From Eledone cirrhosa (Eukaryota), in contig OZ024745.1 in the NCBI GenBank assembly GCA_964016885.1, positions 57,536,001-57,600,000 on the forward strand: DNA of 64,000 nt, given 5' to 3'. Below the pieces are notes generated by a model. The model did no database searches. It was not told the DNA's origin and saw only the letters and a list, made by a program, of their open reading frames with translations. The translations under genes were made by a program, and so were the position numbers. This document shows, in pieces, positions 62,704 to 64,000 of the stretch (positions are counted from its first letter, which is position 1; every line of letters begins with the position of its first letter).

Positions 62704-63220
62704 TTATTTAAAAGAATAGAGGTTTAACACACGCGTTGTGATATATTAGTAAAAGAAAAAGAAAATGCTGACAAGTTTTTCCCAGTAAAAAATAGTTTAA
62801 TTAGGAATAAGTATAAATTAGTAATAAGTATTGGTTAGTATTCAGTTTTAGTTTTAAGTTTTTACCGGTTGCGCATTTCTAATGCTTTTCAAAAATAATT
62901 TAGAGATAGAGCGCTCGTGATGTTTGCTCTAATCTGATCAGTTTTGGAAATTCTTCCTGTTCTATGTGAAAAAAGTGGCTCCAGAGGTATTAAGATTTGG
63001 TTGATTGTTGAATGTCACGTGAATGAGTACTAAAAATTTCGGGCCAATTGTGTTGCAAAAATTCTTGTAGTCAAAACAATTTTGATTGGTCGGTAGAGGT
63101 CACGTGAATGTTAAAAATTGATTTTGCGCCAAATGTAGGTTTGTCGAAGAGTGTCCTTTTTCGCCTGATTGAGAAGTCACTGAAAAATAAGTTTATTAAT
63201 ACAAATATGTGTCAAATAGG
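62700..63220 (-). mobile_element. pLTR of a diverged relative of the Neptune-like PLE
   Basis: Collinear with 25860-26260 (ttaccggtt.cgca..tgcttttcaaaa, gagat.gag, aaaaagtggctc, gattggt, gtcacgtgaa); ends in (TA)n. Confidence 0.65.
62860..62895 (-). ncRNA. U3-A8 HHR variant with compensatory stem changes (A13>C, likely inactive)
   Basis: ttt-TTGAAAA-gcat tagaa atgc-GCAA-ccgg-TA-aaa. Confidence 0.65.
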
Positions 63221-63977
63221 TGTCAGAATTCAGATTTTCTATTGAATAAAACAAGCCTTCGTGAGCCGCCTTTTTTTTTAGGTAAAAAGAAATTCAAACA
63301 CACACAACACGCACACACACACACACGCACATACACACAAGCACACAAATAAACATACATATCTTTACTTTCTTTATTCAATAGAAAATCTGAATTCTGA
63401 CATCCCAGCGAACTAACCATATTCACTGAACCAGAACAATTCTCCCATCCCATTTCTCTTGACCATTATCTTTTACTTATCATAAAATTCTCTAAAAAGG
63501 CTACAGAATGGATTTCCAAATAAGGGCGCGAAAATTTAATGAAAACTTGTTCACGTGACCGCCATAATTTCATTTATAACCAATCAAATTACGATTATTT
63601 AAAAAAAGCTTTCGTGAGCCCCCTTTTTTAAGTAAAGAGAAATTCATACACTCATATATGAAAAAACCACCTGTGACACCCCCACCCCCTCCCTTGTTTG
63701 AAGAACTTTGTAACGCGAACTGGCGCAAAATTTATTATAATTATTGACCAACCAATCAAATTACTTCTCGAAAAACCTGGCATTTCGAGCCACTTTTTCC
63801 ATATAAAACAAGTAACATTCAGAGACCAACCAGATGTGAGAAAAACCACAGACCCTCCATCTCAACTTTACTTTTGAAAAGCAGAAGAACTGCGAAACCG
63901 GTAAAGGAACCAAATAAATATATATATTGTTTTAAAAATAAGACTCCAGTTGCATTTTCGATTTCATCTTTTTTTCT
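63221..63977 (+). mobile_element. Second insertion of the Neptune-like PLE 3' end with a 30-bp 5' inversion
   Basis: 63252-63977 matches 28650-29348; 63221-63250 is the reverse complement of 63372-63402; ends in (TA)n. Confidence 0.88.
63871..63906 (+). ncRNA. Minimal type I HHR, U3-A8 variant
   Basis: ctt-TTGAAAA-gcag aagaa ctgc-GAAA-ccgg-TA-aag. Confidence 0.8.
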
Positions 63978-64000
63978 ATATATATATATAGCTTCGTTAA

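Overview
AT-rich, repeat-dominated eukaryotic DNA with no convincing host protein-coding gene. The SINE sequences and the density of (TA)n/(CA)n/(GA)n suggest a mollusc, probably an octopod cephalopod; this is inference. The dominant signal is a set of Penelope-like retroelements (PLEs) and hammerhead-ribozyme (HHR) elements sitting in (TA)n microsatellites. It includes two near-complete decayed Naiad-like RT+GIY-YIG elements, a Neptune-like 3' fragment forming a ~1.7 kb-arm inverted repeat, several short non-coding elements, and about 18 type I HHR motifs from about 12 sequence families. All HHRs were folded by eye. Several have non-canonical cores: U3-A8 in place of C3-G8, a U.U or A.A pair closing stem II, or a branched ~85 nt stem II domain. 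One ~419 bp HHR-bearing partial tandem looks like a retrozyme. Element 3' ends repeatedly fall at internal TA-rich microhomologies to the target microsatellite. Also present: two tRNA-derived SINE families, RTE, CR1, L1/Tx1 and CRE-like LINE fragments, two non-autonomous Helitron-like elements and an internally deleted mariner. Most ORF-track entries are microsatellite artefacts.
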